From contig OX597825.1 in assembly GCA_951406725.2 (NCBI GenBank), positions 71,548,001 through 71,612,000 on the forward strand: a stretch of 64,000 nucleotides of DNA, given 5' to 3'. The notes under the pieces were generated by a model that was given only the letters and a program-made list of their open reading frames with translations, searched no databases and was not told where the DNA came from. This stretch comes from Octopus vulgaris (Eukaryota). Every line of letters begins with the position of its first letter. The first letter of the stretch is position 1. The translations under genes and the position numbers were made by a program. Positions 51,470 to 64,000 of this stretch are shown here, in pieces.

Positions 51470-53167
51470 TAGTTCTTGACTAGTATTTAATTTTATTAAG
51501 GTTGGATGGACAAAAGACAAAGTTGACTTTAAAAGGATTTGAACTCAGAATGTAAAGAGTTAGAACATATACTGTGAAGCATTATTTCCTATGCTCTAAC
51601 AATTCAGCCAATCAACTGCTTTAAACCTTTAGTATTTAAAACTGGTCAAAATATTCTATGTTATCTTCAAACTGGCCAGATCTGGCTTCTCACTCCTGTC
51701 CTACAATGATTTTCTATCTAAAAATAAACAATCACACCATCAAAATCTAGAAGTTACAAGACAATTCATGGTTGATTCAAAACAATGAGAATAAATAAGC
51801 AGTACATTTGACAGAATATTCTGAATGCTAAGGGGTTAATAAAATTCAATTAAAAAAAATGTTATTTAATAAAAAATATGGTATTTGCAGTTTTCAAAAA
51901 TAAGGTCTTTTTTTAAAGAATAAATTCTGTCTCTAAAATATTTTTTGCTTTGTTTAATGTGGAACTGTCTGTAAAATATAGGTAAGGTTTCTATGTCAAA
52001 CTAAGCTGGAGTATAACTGACCTCAACAACTTCCCCTTCGGTTGTATACACTGTGTGTTCTGTTGTTCGACATATATATTAACTTAATGTGAAGGAGGAC
52101 TTAAACAGCAAGAGTCCTAGGTCAGTAGTACATTTCTATTTATAATTGACAACTTACTAAAGCTGGCTACTACATGAGCTTTTAAAAGTTCCCTCCACTG
52201 TGGTAGATTTAAGACAGCCATTTAAAACACACACACACACACACATATATATGGCTATGTGGTTAAAAAGTTCACTCTGCAACCATTTGGTTTTTGGGTT
52301 CAGTCCCACTGTGGAAGGAATACAAGCAAATGTCTTCTACAGTAGCCCCAGGATAACCAAGGGTGAATTTTGTAGGTGAAAACTGAATGAAGCCTGGAAT
52401 TCCTCAATGCATCACCTTATCTTTACCATTGGTTCTCATGTTGTATGGAAGTCAACAAATATGCTTCATGGGATGGAACTTCATGTTACATGAAGATTTT
52501 TAGGGTTGGGGTTAGGGTTAGATTTTTATGAACCTCATTCTCCTGTAATATGACTGGATGCTTGTTGTTTTCTTAAAGCATGACAACTTAGGCACAGGCA
52601 TGGCAGTGTGGTTAAAAAAACTCTCTTTGCAAGCACATGATTTTGGGTTCAGTCCCACTGTGTGACAGCTTGGGGAAGTGTCTTCCACTATAGCTCCCAA
52701 GTTGGCCAATGCCGAATGAGTGAATCTGGTAGATGGAAACTATGAAAAAACCCATTTTATATAAATGTGTGTGTATGTGTGCGTGTGTGTGTGTATGTGT
52801 GCGTGCGTGTGTGTGCGTGTGTGTGTGTGTGTTTATGTTAGTCCCCACCTCAGTTCTGCTTGACAACCGGTATTGGTTTGTTCGTATTCCCATAACTTAG
52901 TAGTTTGGCAAAAAGGACTGATAGATTAAGTACCAGGTTTAAAAAATAAGCACTTGACTAAACACTTCAAGGTGATGTCCCAACACACTCACAGTTCGGT
53001 GACTAAAACAACAAACAAAAAAAAAAATACAAAACACAACTTGCAAAACACTTACAAAACATAATTCACACCTCAAGGCTTTGTCCTCGCATAGTTGCAG
53101 TTCAATTACCCAAAACAAGTAAAAAGAAGAAATACAACATATATGAAACACAATCAAGTCTCTATAT

Positions 53168-53352
53168 TAGTGCTCTGAACCGATGTGTCACAGCACACTG
53201 GTGTGTCACAAGACGATGCTAGGTATGCCACAATGTAACCTGTATATAATTTTTTTCCCTGTACTTTTAGTTATATTTCTAGTCCATGTTTGCTACTGAA
53301 TTTTGAAAAGAATATAAATGTACCGCAAGTGAAAAAAGGTTGCAGAGCACTG
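53168..53352. mobile_element. hAT-type MITE
   Basis: TIRs tagtgctctgaacc / ggttgcagagcactg; imperfect 8-bp TSD ctctatat/ctctatta. Confidence 0.65.
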
Positions 53353-54202
53353 CTCTATTAAGCTGCTCAAACAGGCGACAAACAGCACAAGTAGCAGCTA
53401 AGATCTCTATCATATCATGCCCTGCCACATTAAATAGAGGATAATGTAGACCTTGATATACAGAGAGGATAGTCTTGGCTGGAATACCTTCCATTGTAGG
53501 TCAGCTCAATCAAGCTGGAATACCTTCCATCGTAGGTCAGCTCAATCAGGCCTGGCATTTGAAGTAAAATATGGCCACAACCATCCAACATATAATAACA
53601 ATACCAGCGATAATAATTGTTTCTAATTTAGGCATGAGGCAAGTAACTTTCGAGGGAAAGTGAGGATAGTTGGTCACACCAATCCTAGTATTTGACTTGC
53701 AGTTTATTTCATCAACCCCAGAAGGATGAAAGGTAAAGTTGACCAAAGTGAGATTTGAACTCAGAACATATATTTCTTTACTACCCACAAGGGGTTAAAC
53801 ATAGAGGGGACAAACAAAGACAGACAAACAGATTAAGTCGATAACATTGACCCCAGTGCGTAACTGGTACTTAATTTATCAACCCCGAAAGGATGAAAGG
53901 CAAAGTCGACCTCGGCGGAATTTGAACCCAGAACGTAACGGCAGATGAAATACGGCTACGCATTTTGCCTGACGTGCTAACGTTTCTGCTAGCTAAAGAG
54001 CTGGAACAATTACTACGAGGCATTTTTCACATTGCTTTGGCAAGCCTGCCAGCTCACCACCATGATGAAAATAAAAACGACCTTGAAGACGGCAATGATG
54101 ACAACGAGGATCATGACATCAGTGATATGCTGTAATGATTCACTAGAATTTTTGCAAGAAATTTGGTTCAACATGCACAGGAAGGAGCTATATTCCTTTT
54201 GT

Positions 54203-54587
54203 GTGGAGGCGCAATGACCCAGTGGTTAGGGCAGCGGACTCGCGGTCAGAGGATCGCGGTTTCGATTCCCAGACTGGGCGTTGTGAGTGTTTATTGAGCG
54301 AAAACACCTAAAGCTCCACGAGGCTCCTGCAGGGGATGGTGGTGATCCCTGCTGTACTCTTTCACCACAACTTTCTCTCACTCTTACTTCCTGTTTCTGT
54401 TGTACCTGTATTTCAAGGGGCCGGCCTTGTCACTCTCTGTGTCATGCTGAATATCCTTGAGAACTACGTTAAGGGTACATGTGTCTGTGGAGTGCTCAGC
54501 CACTTACATGTTAATTTCACGAGCAGGCTGTTCCGTTGATTCGAATCAACTGGAACCCTCGTCGTCGTAACCGACGGAGTGCTTCCA
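54203..54587 (+). mobile_element. tRNA-derived SINE (family C), intact head
   Basis: A box tgacccagtggttag and B box ggtttcgattccc. Central segment homologous to the inverted 18560-18620. Confidence 0.8.
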
Positions 54588-55374
54588 CCCACATATTCCT
54601 TTTGTGAGAATAGAAATGCAAGCCTTTAAGAACAATGAAATGAGATTGTTGGAGGACTTTCCTAAACAAATTGAAAGAAGAACAGAAATACAAAAGACTG
54701 GATATTGTATTCACTGATAAAAAGTAAAAAACAACAAACAAACACGTATTGTAATCAATGTGAAATGCTAACTTGATACCAGAATAAAAGGAGAAGTAGA
54801 GCTTTATATAATGATTTGAAGTATAATGGTGACAAAGATATTTTAAGAAATTCACTACTTCAAAACAAAACAAAGACCATGTGTATCAAGAAATAAGGCA
54901 ACAAAAGGGTTAACACTATTTACTACTACCACCAACACGACAACTACTAATACTCTTACCACCACCACCACTGCTACTACTACACTTGTTGTTACTTCTT
55001 TTGTTTTTTATCAGAACCGATACTTGAAGATGTGTTTTAGTGATATCAGATTATTTACTCTTAACTGCAATGGCTCATTCACAGAAGTACTCCAGTTAAG
55101 TAGATGTTGTTTATTAGTACCTCAGCCTTGACAGAGCGGATCTTTTGGTCAAAAGTGTCCCAGTTACTACAAGTGTGTCTCTTTGTATAATCAGGGACTA
55201 CATTGCCCAACATGTTATTTTCTTCTTCTTCTTAAGACAAAGATGGGGTTCAAGGGAGATTTAGCTGCTATTTTTCTAACAGGTTGAGCAACTATATACT
55301 GATGTTACTATGCTATTACAATTGTTGCTACTTAATTTGAGATGCCTTCTCATAGTGTTTAGCTATTACTAAGA

Positions 55375-55640
55375 AGATCAAAAAATTAGCAACACTAAGG
55401 TAAGAGACATTAACAGCACTTAGACCAAAATCATTAGTATCATTAAGATAAGAGACATTAGCAACAAGACCAAAAACATTAGCATTGCTAAGATAAGTGG
55501 CATTAATAACATTAACACTAAAAACATTGGCATCATTAAAATAAGATGCATTAGCAACACTAAGAGACATTAGCAATACTTGAACCAGAGGGCATTAGCA
55601 ACACTAAAACCAAAGACTTTAGCAGGACTAAGACCAGGCT
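55375..55640. repeat. Degenerate minisatellite (acattagcaacactaaga-based units)
   Basis: Repeated cattagcaacactaag / taagagacatta motifs. Confidence 0.8.
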
Positions 55641-55939
55641 GGTGCTACCTCTCTAGAAGTTGAAGGTACCTTATAAAGAAGCACAACACTTCCAATATGG
55701 ACAAAGCAATGTGTTGCAACAACATCAAAATCACTTATTCTCAGATTCCTCCCCACTACGTCCCAGCCCATCCTTTAATTAATTTTCTTAATTACAATCA
55801 CAACTGCTAAAGACCACCAGCACAAGTGGAAAAGTAACAACAGAAGCACACTTAATTTTTACACACTTCCATTATCCTAACTATTTGGGAATATTTGAAT
55901 ATTTACCAGATCATTTTGAGATAAGAAAGAGAGAGAAAA

Positions 55940-55972
<33 letters not shown>

Positions 55973-57144
55973 AAGAGAGAGAGAGAAAGAGAGAGGTGTC
56001 CTACCCTTGAGTAAGATACCTCTCTTTCTTGCATTCTTGCAGTCACCTAATGTCACAAAACTGGAGTTAAGCAGTTATCCTTAACCCTCTATGTATATTA
56101 TTTATATTATTTACATTTAAATCAAAAACTATGTAAAAGTACTCAGCACACTCTGAAAGTGGTTGATGGTAGGAAGGGCATCCAGCCAGAGAAACCATGC
56201 CAAATCAGACTGGAATCTAGTGCAGCTCCCCAGCTTGCCAGCTCTGGTCAAACCCTCCAACCCATGACACTATGGACAACAGATGTTAAATGATGATGAT
56301 GATGATGATGATGATGGTGATGTCATGAGCCCTGGGAATCATAAGGTCAAGGCTTAACCTCGTTTCCATGGCATATAAGTGACTGAGGTTACAACACATC
56401 CTGTTGAACAGGACACTGGTTTATTGCAGGATTAACTTCCCAGCAATTACTGGAACTCAGTTATAGCAGAGCGACCTAAAGCAATATGAAAAGAAATGTT
56501 TTTCCTCAAAAACACATTGCATTGCCTGGTTTGGAAATCACAATCAGAACCTTATACAATGAATGCAACACTAACCACTAGGTCACACACCTTCATATAT
56601 TATTTACATTATGATATATTATATACATTACTAATATGTTAACTGCTTTTGTTTCAAAGCCTTACTATACAAAATATATTTATAGACTTTTTGGTCAACA
56701 GTGAATGTATAGGGAGGAAGTAAATATCTTATCTTTTCTGTCTGTCAAGGTATTGCATGTATATAAAGATAAGCTGTTTACAACAATCTATATATTGTGC
56801 TGTCTATGAATATATTCTGAAATACTTAATACAAAACATTTTTATTATTTCTCAAGACATAACAGAATAACTGCCTCAGGTGTATGTGGTTAATATATTT
56901 TTTAAAACCCTGTTCCGTTTCATTGTGTAGACTATATCAAGTTTATTATGGAATACCTGTTTATTTATGGAGGTTTTAGGCTATTTTTATATTTCCCCGT
57001 GTTAACTTGGATTATTATGAAAATACAATAACTTGTCTACTTGCTTCATGCATTTGAAGTCATGTGGAGTAGGAGATTCTTTACTTGCAAAATAGTTTAG
57101 AGTTAGTTATCAGGGAGGAGATCTAGCCATAAGAAACAATACCT

Positions 57145-57592
57145 ATTTCTTTACTACCCACAAGGGGCTAAACACAGAGAGGACAAACAAGGACAGACAA
57201 ACGGATAAAGTCAATTATATCAACCCCAGTGCATAACTGGTACTTATTTAATCAACCCCGAAAGGATGAAAGGCAAAGTCAACCTTGGCGGAATTTGAAC
57301 TCAGAATGTAGCGGCAGACGAAATATTGCTAAGCATTTTGCCCGGCGTGCTAACGTTTCTTATTTCTTTATTGCCCACAAGGGGCTAAACATAGAAGGGA
57401 CAAACAAGGACAGACAAAGGAATTAAGTCAATTATATCGACCCCAGTACATAACTGGTACTTATTTAACCGACCCGAAAGGATGAAAGGCAAAGTCGACC
57501 TTGGCGGAATTTGAACTCAGAACGTAGCGGCAGACGAAATACTGCTAAGCATTTCGCTCGACGTGCTAATGTTTCTGCCAGCTCGCCGCCTT
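57145..57592 (-). mobile_element. Tandem pair of SINE family B copies
   Basis: Two consecutive copies; flanked by the direct repeat atctagccataagaaacaatacct (57121-57144 and 57596-57619), which looks like a TSD. Confidence 0.85.
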
Positions 57593-58214
57593 TGTATCTA
57601 GCCATAAGAAACAATACCTTAATAATATATTCATCTAAAATGAAAAAAATATGATAAAATAGGGGTGGGGAAAAAAAACAATAAAATGCAGATGGACATA
57701 AGAAGATAAACAAACAAGTCTCAAGAATAAGAAAGGCATTCGTGGCTTGAAATGGTTGTAAATTAACATAGCAACTAATTTATACCAACAAGACTAGAGG
57801 CGAGGAAGCAGTATGGGTTGGAAAAGAGAGTAGTGATTTACTGTTCTGTTCACACTTCTTGTCAGGTCAGTTTTTGAATTTGAACTGTTGTGAAGCTTGT
57901 TTCTATGTGTTTAGTTTGGCAATGTATATGTATGTCTGTTGTGATGATGAAAGGGGTGTTTTGAATGAGTTTTGGAAGTGTTGCTTTTGTTGTTGTCGTG
58001 GAGCAGAAATAACTGAGTCAATGCAGTACCAGACAAGTTGCCAAGAGGTTGGCAGTTTGTCAGGAGATCTAAACCAGTGTGCGGTGTCCATAAGTAAAGA
58101 ACCCGACTAACTTGTAAATAACCCGACTAATTCAATGAGGCTATTTAAATCTAAAAGTTAGCAAGGTAGACCTAGACAGTAAATCTGGAGAAGAGTTCCG
58201 AAGACTGTCAAACT

Positions 58215-58632
58215 CTCTCTTTTCTCTTTCTCTTTTACTTGTTTCAGTCATTTGACTGCGGCCATGCTGGAGCACCGCCTTTGGTCGAGCAAATCGACCC
58301 CGGGACTTATTCTTTGTAAGCCCAGTACTTATTCTATCGGTCTCTTTTACTGAACCGCTAAGTGATGGGGACGTAAACACACCAGCATCAGTTGTCAAGC
58401 AATGCTAGGGGGACAAACACAGACACACAAACACATACACACACACACACATATATATATACATACATATATATGACAGGCTTCTTTCAGTTTCCGTCTA
58501 CCAAATCCACTCACAAGACATTGGTCGGCCCGGGGCTAGAGCAGAAGACACTTGCCCAAGATGCCACACAGTGGGACTGAACCCGGAACCATGTGGTTGG
58601 TAAGCAAGCTACTTACCACACAGCCACTCCTG
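58215..58632 (-). mobile_element. SINE family A
   Basis: Family consensus match. Confidence 0.85.
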
Positions 58633-59820
58633 ATTACTTTTATTTGGCTTTTTTTTTCTTTTATTTATTTCAGACATTGGACTGTGGCCATGATGGGGTA
58701 CCACCTTAAAAGATTTAGTCAAACAAATTGACCCCAGCATATATATTTTAAAGTCTGGTACCACTTCTGTTGATATCTTTTGCTCAACTACTAAGTTATG
58801 GGGATGTAAACAAACCAACACCAGTTGTCAAGTGGTTGGGGAACAAAGAGAGATATACATACACACACTTATAAGTGACAGGCCTCCACACAGTTTTTGT
58901 CTTCCAAATTCACTCACAAGGCATTGGTCAGCCCAGCGTTTTGGTAGAAGACACTCACTCAAGGTGCCACTCAGTAGGACTGAACCCAAAGCCCACATGT
59001 GCTTGCAATGTGGGCTTCTTAATTTCACAGCCATGCCTGTGCCGTTCTAGAAGTTTCTGCAACCAAATTAGTTTTCTTTTTATGATTTTCATTTTATTTA
59101 GTTAGTTAGAAAAGCAGCAATTTAGTAGAGTTGGTAGACCACTGAGCAGAATGCATCATGGTTTTGATTGGTGTAACTGTTAGCAGGCAGGAAAGATGTC
59201 CTGTAGTGTGTGTTCTGGTACTTTGGCTTCTCATAGTGAGGTCTGCGATGACACTGGTACCAAATTGTATTGACTTAAGTAGGTAGCCATTCCTTTGTTT
59301 AAACACCGGTGGTATGAGGTTGAGAGACTTGCAAGCAAGGGCAATGGCCAGATTTGCTCAAAAGAAGCTTGACCTGGCTGGCATATGCATGTGCAGAGGC
59401 ATGGCCAACTTGGACCAACAAAGGTCCTAATAATTAGTCATAAGAAGAGAGAAAAGCAGTATCCATGGCCCTCACAAGGCCATCAAAACTGATAAGATCA
59501 ATGTGACTGATGTTAATATGTGTAGATTAAAATCATCAGGAAAAGAAACTAAAAATGGAATATCAGAGGATTACAGCTGGGAATAGGAACAAATGAACAA
59601 TTACTAGTGTAAAGCAGTATGAGGCATAGTAGAGACGACAAGAGCAGCGGATGTGCAGGAAAGGCTTAAGAGGAGGGTGATAAACAGCTTGCAACATATA
59701 ATAGTACATAATGCAGCTACTACAACATAAAGCACATGTGAGGGCCATGGCATGTCTGTGTCGGCACTGCTCATTTGGTATCACTGATTTGATGCTAACT
59801 TATTTGACTCTTTCCCTCTG

Positions 59821-59860
<40 letters not shown>

Positions 59861-59924
59861 GCTCTCTCACTCAGTTTATGTGTGAGAGTATATTTCTTTA
59901 TATGTATGAAGAGTGGGAATGTTT

Positions 59925-60614
59925 ATACTCTTTACTCTTAACTCTTTTACTTGTTTCAGTCATTTGACTGCGGCCATGCTGGAGCACCGCCTTTAGTCGA
60001 GCAAATCAACCCCGGGACTTATTCTTTTGTAAGCCCAGTACTTATTCTATCAGTCTCTTTTGCCGAACCGCTAAGTGACGGGGACGTAAACACACCAGCA
60101 TCGGTTGTCAAGCAATGCTAGGGGGACAAACACAGACACACAAATACACACATATATACGACAGGCTTCTTTCAGTTTCCGTCTACCAAATCCACTCACA
60201 AGGCATTGGTCGGCCCGGGGCTATAGCAGAAGACACTTGCCGAAGATGCCACGCAGTGGGACTGAACCCGGAACCATGTGGTTGGTTAGCAAGCTACTTA
60301 CCACACAGCCACTCCTGATTACTTTTATTTGGCCCCTTTTTTTTTTTTATTTATTTCAGACATTGGACTTTGGCCATGATGGGGTACCACCTTGAAGGGT
60401 TTAGTCGAACAAATTGACCCCAGCATATATATTTTAAAGTCTGGTACCACTTCTGTTGATATCTTTAGCTCAACTACTAAGTTATGGGGATGTAAACAAA
60501 CCAACACCAGTTGTCAAGCAGAAGACACTTGCCCAAGATCCCACACAGTGGGACTGAAGCCGCAACCATGTGGTTGGTTAGCAAGCTACTTACCACACAG
60601 CCACTCCTGCGCCT
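59925..60614 (-). mobile_element. Chimeric SINE family A (head + captured flank + full copy)
   Basis: 60317-60518 duplicates 58633-58830; extra SINE head at 60519-60614. Confidence 0.75.
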
Positions 60615-61954
60615 TATGTCAATCATGTTCGATTAATAAATTGTAATGTTTCTCTTTCTCTCTCTCTCTCTCTCTTGCTATCTGTGTGTATATTTCTGCA
60701 CATATGTCTGTATACATGCACGCACATGCACACATGCATGTGCGAGTGTCTAAGACTGCTGCCATGCCAAAACACAGCCGCCAAAACAGGGTGAATGTCC
60801 AGTCAGCTATGCCAAGTCATCAGCATCCAAACAGCCACACCCAATCATCTTATTTCAGTGGGTTAGTACTTGTGGTATTTATTCTTGTTCTCTGTATTTT
60901 GAGTTCAAATCCTCCAGAGGTCAACTATGATTTTCATGTTTTTAAGGTCAATAAAATAAAGTACCAGTCTTGGATGGTAGATTGACAGAATAGTTACAGA
61001 GCTGCACCAGATGTCATGAGGTATTTTGCTGTAGTTCTAAGCCTTTCAGCAGATTTCACTCTATGGCAAGCATTTTTCCATTCTTCCACTTGTTTCAGAG
61101 ACCTTATAAAAATAAAAGCTCATGGCCATTGCCCTTTCCTCACTGATTAAGCAGTAAAAAAATAAAAGGCTGACAAACGAACCTTTATTAGTCTTTTGAA
61201 TACAATCTAGGAGGGGCAGAGAGGTTATAGTACCCCTATCATAGATATTACCTAATTGACAGTTCAGATTGAGGGTCAGCATTTCTAACTGTGGGCAGTA
61301 AATCTTTGTGGGTGCAGGCATGGCTGTATGGTTAAGAAGCTTGCTTTACAAATGCATGATTTCGGGTTCAATTCCACTAGGCAAAACCTTGAGCAAAATG
61401 TCTTCTACAATAGTCCCAGGTCAGTCAATGGATTGTGAGTGAATTAGTTAGATGGAAACTGTATGGAAGCCTGTTTTATATGTGTGTGTTTATGTTTGTT
61501 TTTTTCCCCATGATTGTTTGACAACTGTTGGTCAGCGAAAGTGACCAATATAGTATATACCAATTTGTTTGATTAAATCCTTCAAGGCAGTGCTCCAGCA
61601 TGGCTGCAGTGCAATGACTGAAAACAAGTAAAAGACAAATAATCATTATGTCTATTTCTTATTTTCTATCCGAAGATTTACAACTCAAGCAATGATGTTC
61701 TTCCCTTTAAATTATAAATTTGTGTCCATATAAGAAATACAAAAAAAAAGAAGAAAAGTAACAAATAAAATTACAATGAAAACACCAAAACAAAAATAAA
61801 ATAATTTTTGCTTTTAATTAAAAACAGAGTCTGAGTGTGTTTTGTTTTTTATATTTTATTTTTCTTTTCTTGTTAAGGCAACCTGGAGAATTACATCACT
61901 GTAAGATCGTTGCAGAAGAATTGACTAATTAATTTTCACCAACTGTAATTCTTT

Positions 61955-62182
61955 TATACTTTTATTCTTTTACATGTTTCAGTCATTTTGACTGTGGCCA
62001 TGCTGGAGCACCACCTTAATGGGTTTTTAGCCGAAGCAATTGACCGCAGGACTTATTCTTTTAAGCCTAGTAAGCACTATCTATCGGTCTATTTTGCAGA
62101 ACTGCTGAGATACAGGGTGTAGACACACTGACATTGGTTGTCAAGAGATGGTGGGGGGGGGGACAAACACAGACACAAAGAT

Positions 62183-62245
<63 letters not shown>

Positions 62246-62422
62246 TACATATATGTATATGATAGGCTTCTTTCAGTTTCTGTCTACCAAATCCACTGAC
62301 AAGGCTTTGGTCAGCACAAGGCTATAGAAGAAGACACTTTCCCAAGGTGCCACGCAATGGGATTGAACCCGGAACCATGTGGAGGAGAAGCAAGATTCTT
62401 ACCACACAGCCATGCTTGTGGC
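61955..62422 (-). mobile_element. SINE family A (older variant)
   Basis: Family consensus match. Confidence 0.8.
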
Positions 62423-62664
62423 TGTAATGGAAAACATTTGAAAAATTGAAGACATTATACTCAGTAACAATTCTCTTTTGTTTATATTCTTTGGTGAAGG
62501 GTATTACAACTTCAGACTATGGTCAACTACCACAACAGAAGATGATATTGTTAAGATATATTGATGCAAAGATGTGAAAGGAATGTGTGTATACATGCGC
62601 AATGCAGTAGGTTTTTTTTTATAAATTACAAAATTTGATCTGGATACATAATATTAGAATTGGT

Positions 62665-63160
62665 AAGAAGGGTGCTTTTTACATGCCAGTCACAATGTCA
62701 GTGTTGTGTGGCTGGCATGTAAAACGCACCCTTTGAACATTGGGTGACATGCTTGAGAAGACCTGTTAAGCCAAATGAAATCGTAGTTGTGGCTGATGCC
62801 AGTGCTATGTGACTGGCACCTGTGCCAGTGGCACATAAAAAGCACCATTCAAATGTTGGGCCTCATGTAGGCAGTGACAGGTGACTGAGACCTTTGGCAA
62901 TATACTGTGCTTGAGATGACCTGTCAAGCCAAGTGAGATCATAATTGAGGCCAATGCCGGTGACACATAACTGGCACCCATGGTTGTAGCATGTAAAAGG
63001 CACTCACTAGACTCTTGGATTGGTTGGCATTAGGAAGGGCATCCAGCCATAGAAACCATACCAAACCAGTCTGGAACTTGGTGCAGCTCCCCAGCTTATC
63101 AGTTCTCAGTCAAACCATCCAACCCATGCCAGCATGGAAAGCAGAAGTTAAATGATGACG
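62665..63160 (+). mobile_element. RTE-3'UTR-derived retroposon copy
   Basis: Internal repeats and ttaggaagggcatccagcc...gttaaatgatgac end. Confidence 0.75.
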
Positions 63161-64000
63161 TTATCAAAAGAGATAGGTAACTGAAGCCATTAAGTAGCAA
63201 AACATTAAGTAGCCCCCAAAAAAAAAAATTTGAAATAGAAACCATGTTCCCATATGCTGAAAAGACTAATTAATAACAAATGAAACAGCAATTACAGGAG
63301 TTTGTATAAATCAAATGCACATATACATGCACACACGTACACACACAAGAATGTATGTGTGTATGCATGTATGTATGTCATAGAAAGGCTTTGAAACAGT
63401 GTCCTTGAGGAAAATGAATTTGATTTTTGAAATCTGCATCCCAAGAAGGTTTTCACTTATTATTAATCAAAAAATATGATTTCCTACAAAAAATAACTCA
63501 ACTTTTAGATTGCCAAATCTACCTGGCTTTCTCTTTCTTTTACACTTTTCCCCTCTCTCTATATATTTGCCAGATTCTATGTTACTCTTTGTCTATATAA
63601 GTATCTCTCTTGCATGCTGCTCTATCTCTCTCTCTCTCTTACATGCTGCTCTATCTCTCTCTTGATATGACATTTAATGCAATATCAAGAGCTTAATGAA
63701 TAATCATTAAAACTTAATAAAACTTCTTACAACTTTCATCATTGTTATGTTTTGCTCTCATTTTGTATAAAACTGTGTTGTCATAATGTTTTTGCTTTTG
63801 TTTTGTGATAGACAACTATCACGCAGAAAATGCTAGCTTCCAATTCCTGTTTTCTGATTGGGTAATAATGATGATATTTTAAACTTCTGTAATATTTTTC
63901 TGAAGATTTTCTAGAATAAATGAATCACAAAATCAGATTCAGCATGAAAAAATTATATCAATATATCAAATTTGAAAATTTTCACTTAATCTTAAAATTT

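Noticed and set aside
54203-54280. tRNA gene
   Set aside because: A and B boxes are present, but the sequence continues into a SINE body with no acceptor-stem closure or terminator.
55328-55576. Repetitive N/V/S-rich ORF
   Set aside because: Translation of a degenerate minisatellite; no splice or context support.

Overview
AT-rich, repeat-dense eukaryotic genomic DNA. The SINE, microsatellite and LINE repertoire is typical of an octopus (coleoid cephalopod) genome; this is an inference from the repeat families. Most of the window looks like introns of one minus-strand gene encoding an unidentified coiled-coil protein. Four phase-compatible GT-AG exons (39341-39390, 35725-35778, 32332-32482, 28783-28865) splice into one open frame, and a likely further exon lies at 10568-10630. 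The introns hold many copies of two tRNA-derived SINE families and an RTE-3'UTR-derived repeat. They also hold RTE, CR1, R4/Dong and Penelope fragments, decayed mariner, hAT and piggyBac-type elements, minisatellites and microsatellites. Almost all ORFs in the supplied track are repeat or low-complexity artefacts. Highlights: (1) a sharply bounded ~160-bp island with ~26 CpGs and strong base-pairing potential (35241-35400); (2) two Penelope-type minimal hammerhead ribozyme motifs with different but paired stems and a shared downstream motif (37549-37632 +, 43424-43511 -); (3) a young 2-kb composite retro-insertion with tandem 5' monomers and a VNTR (44336-46398); (4) a 5'-intact, 3'-truncated RPS2 retropseudogene split by a retroposon with a 9-bp TSD; (5) a twin-primed inverted RTE insertion.
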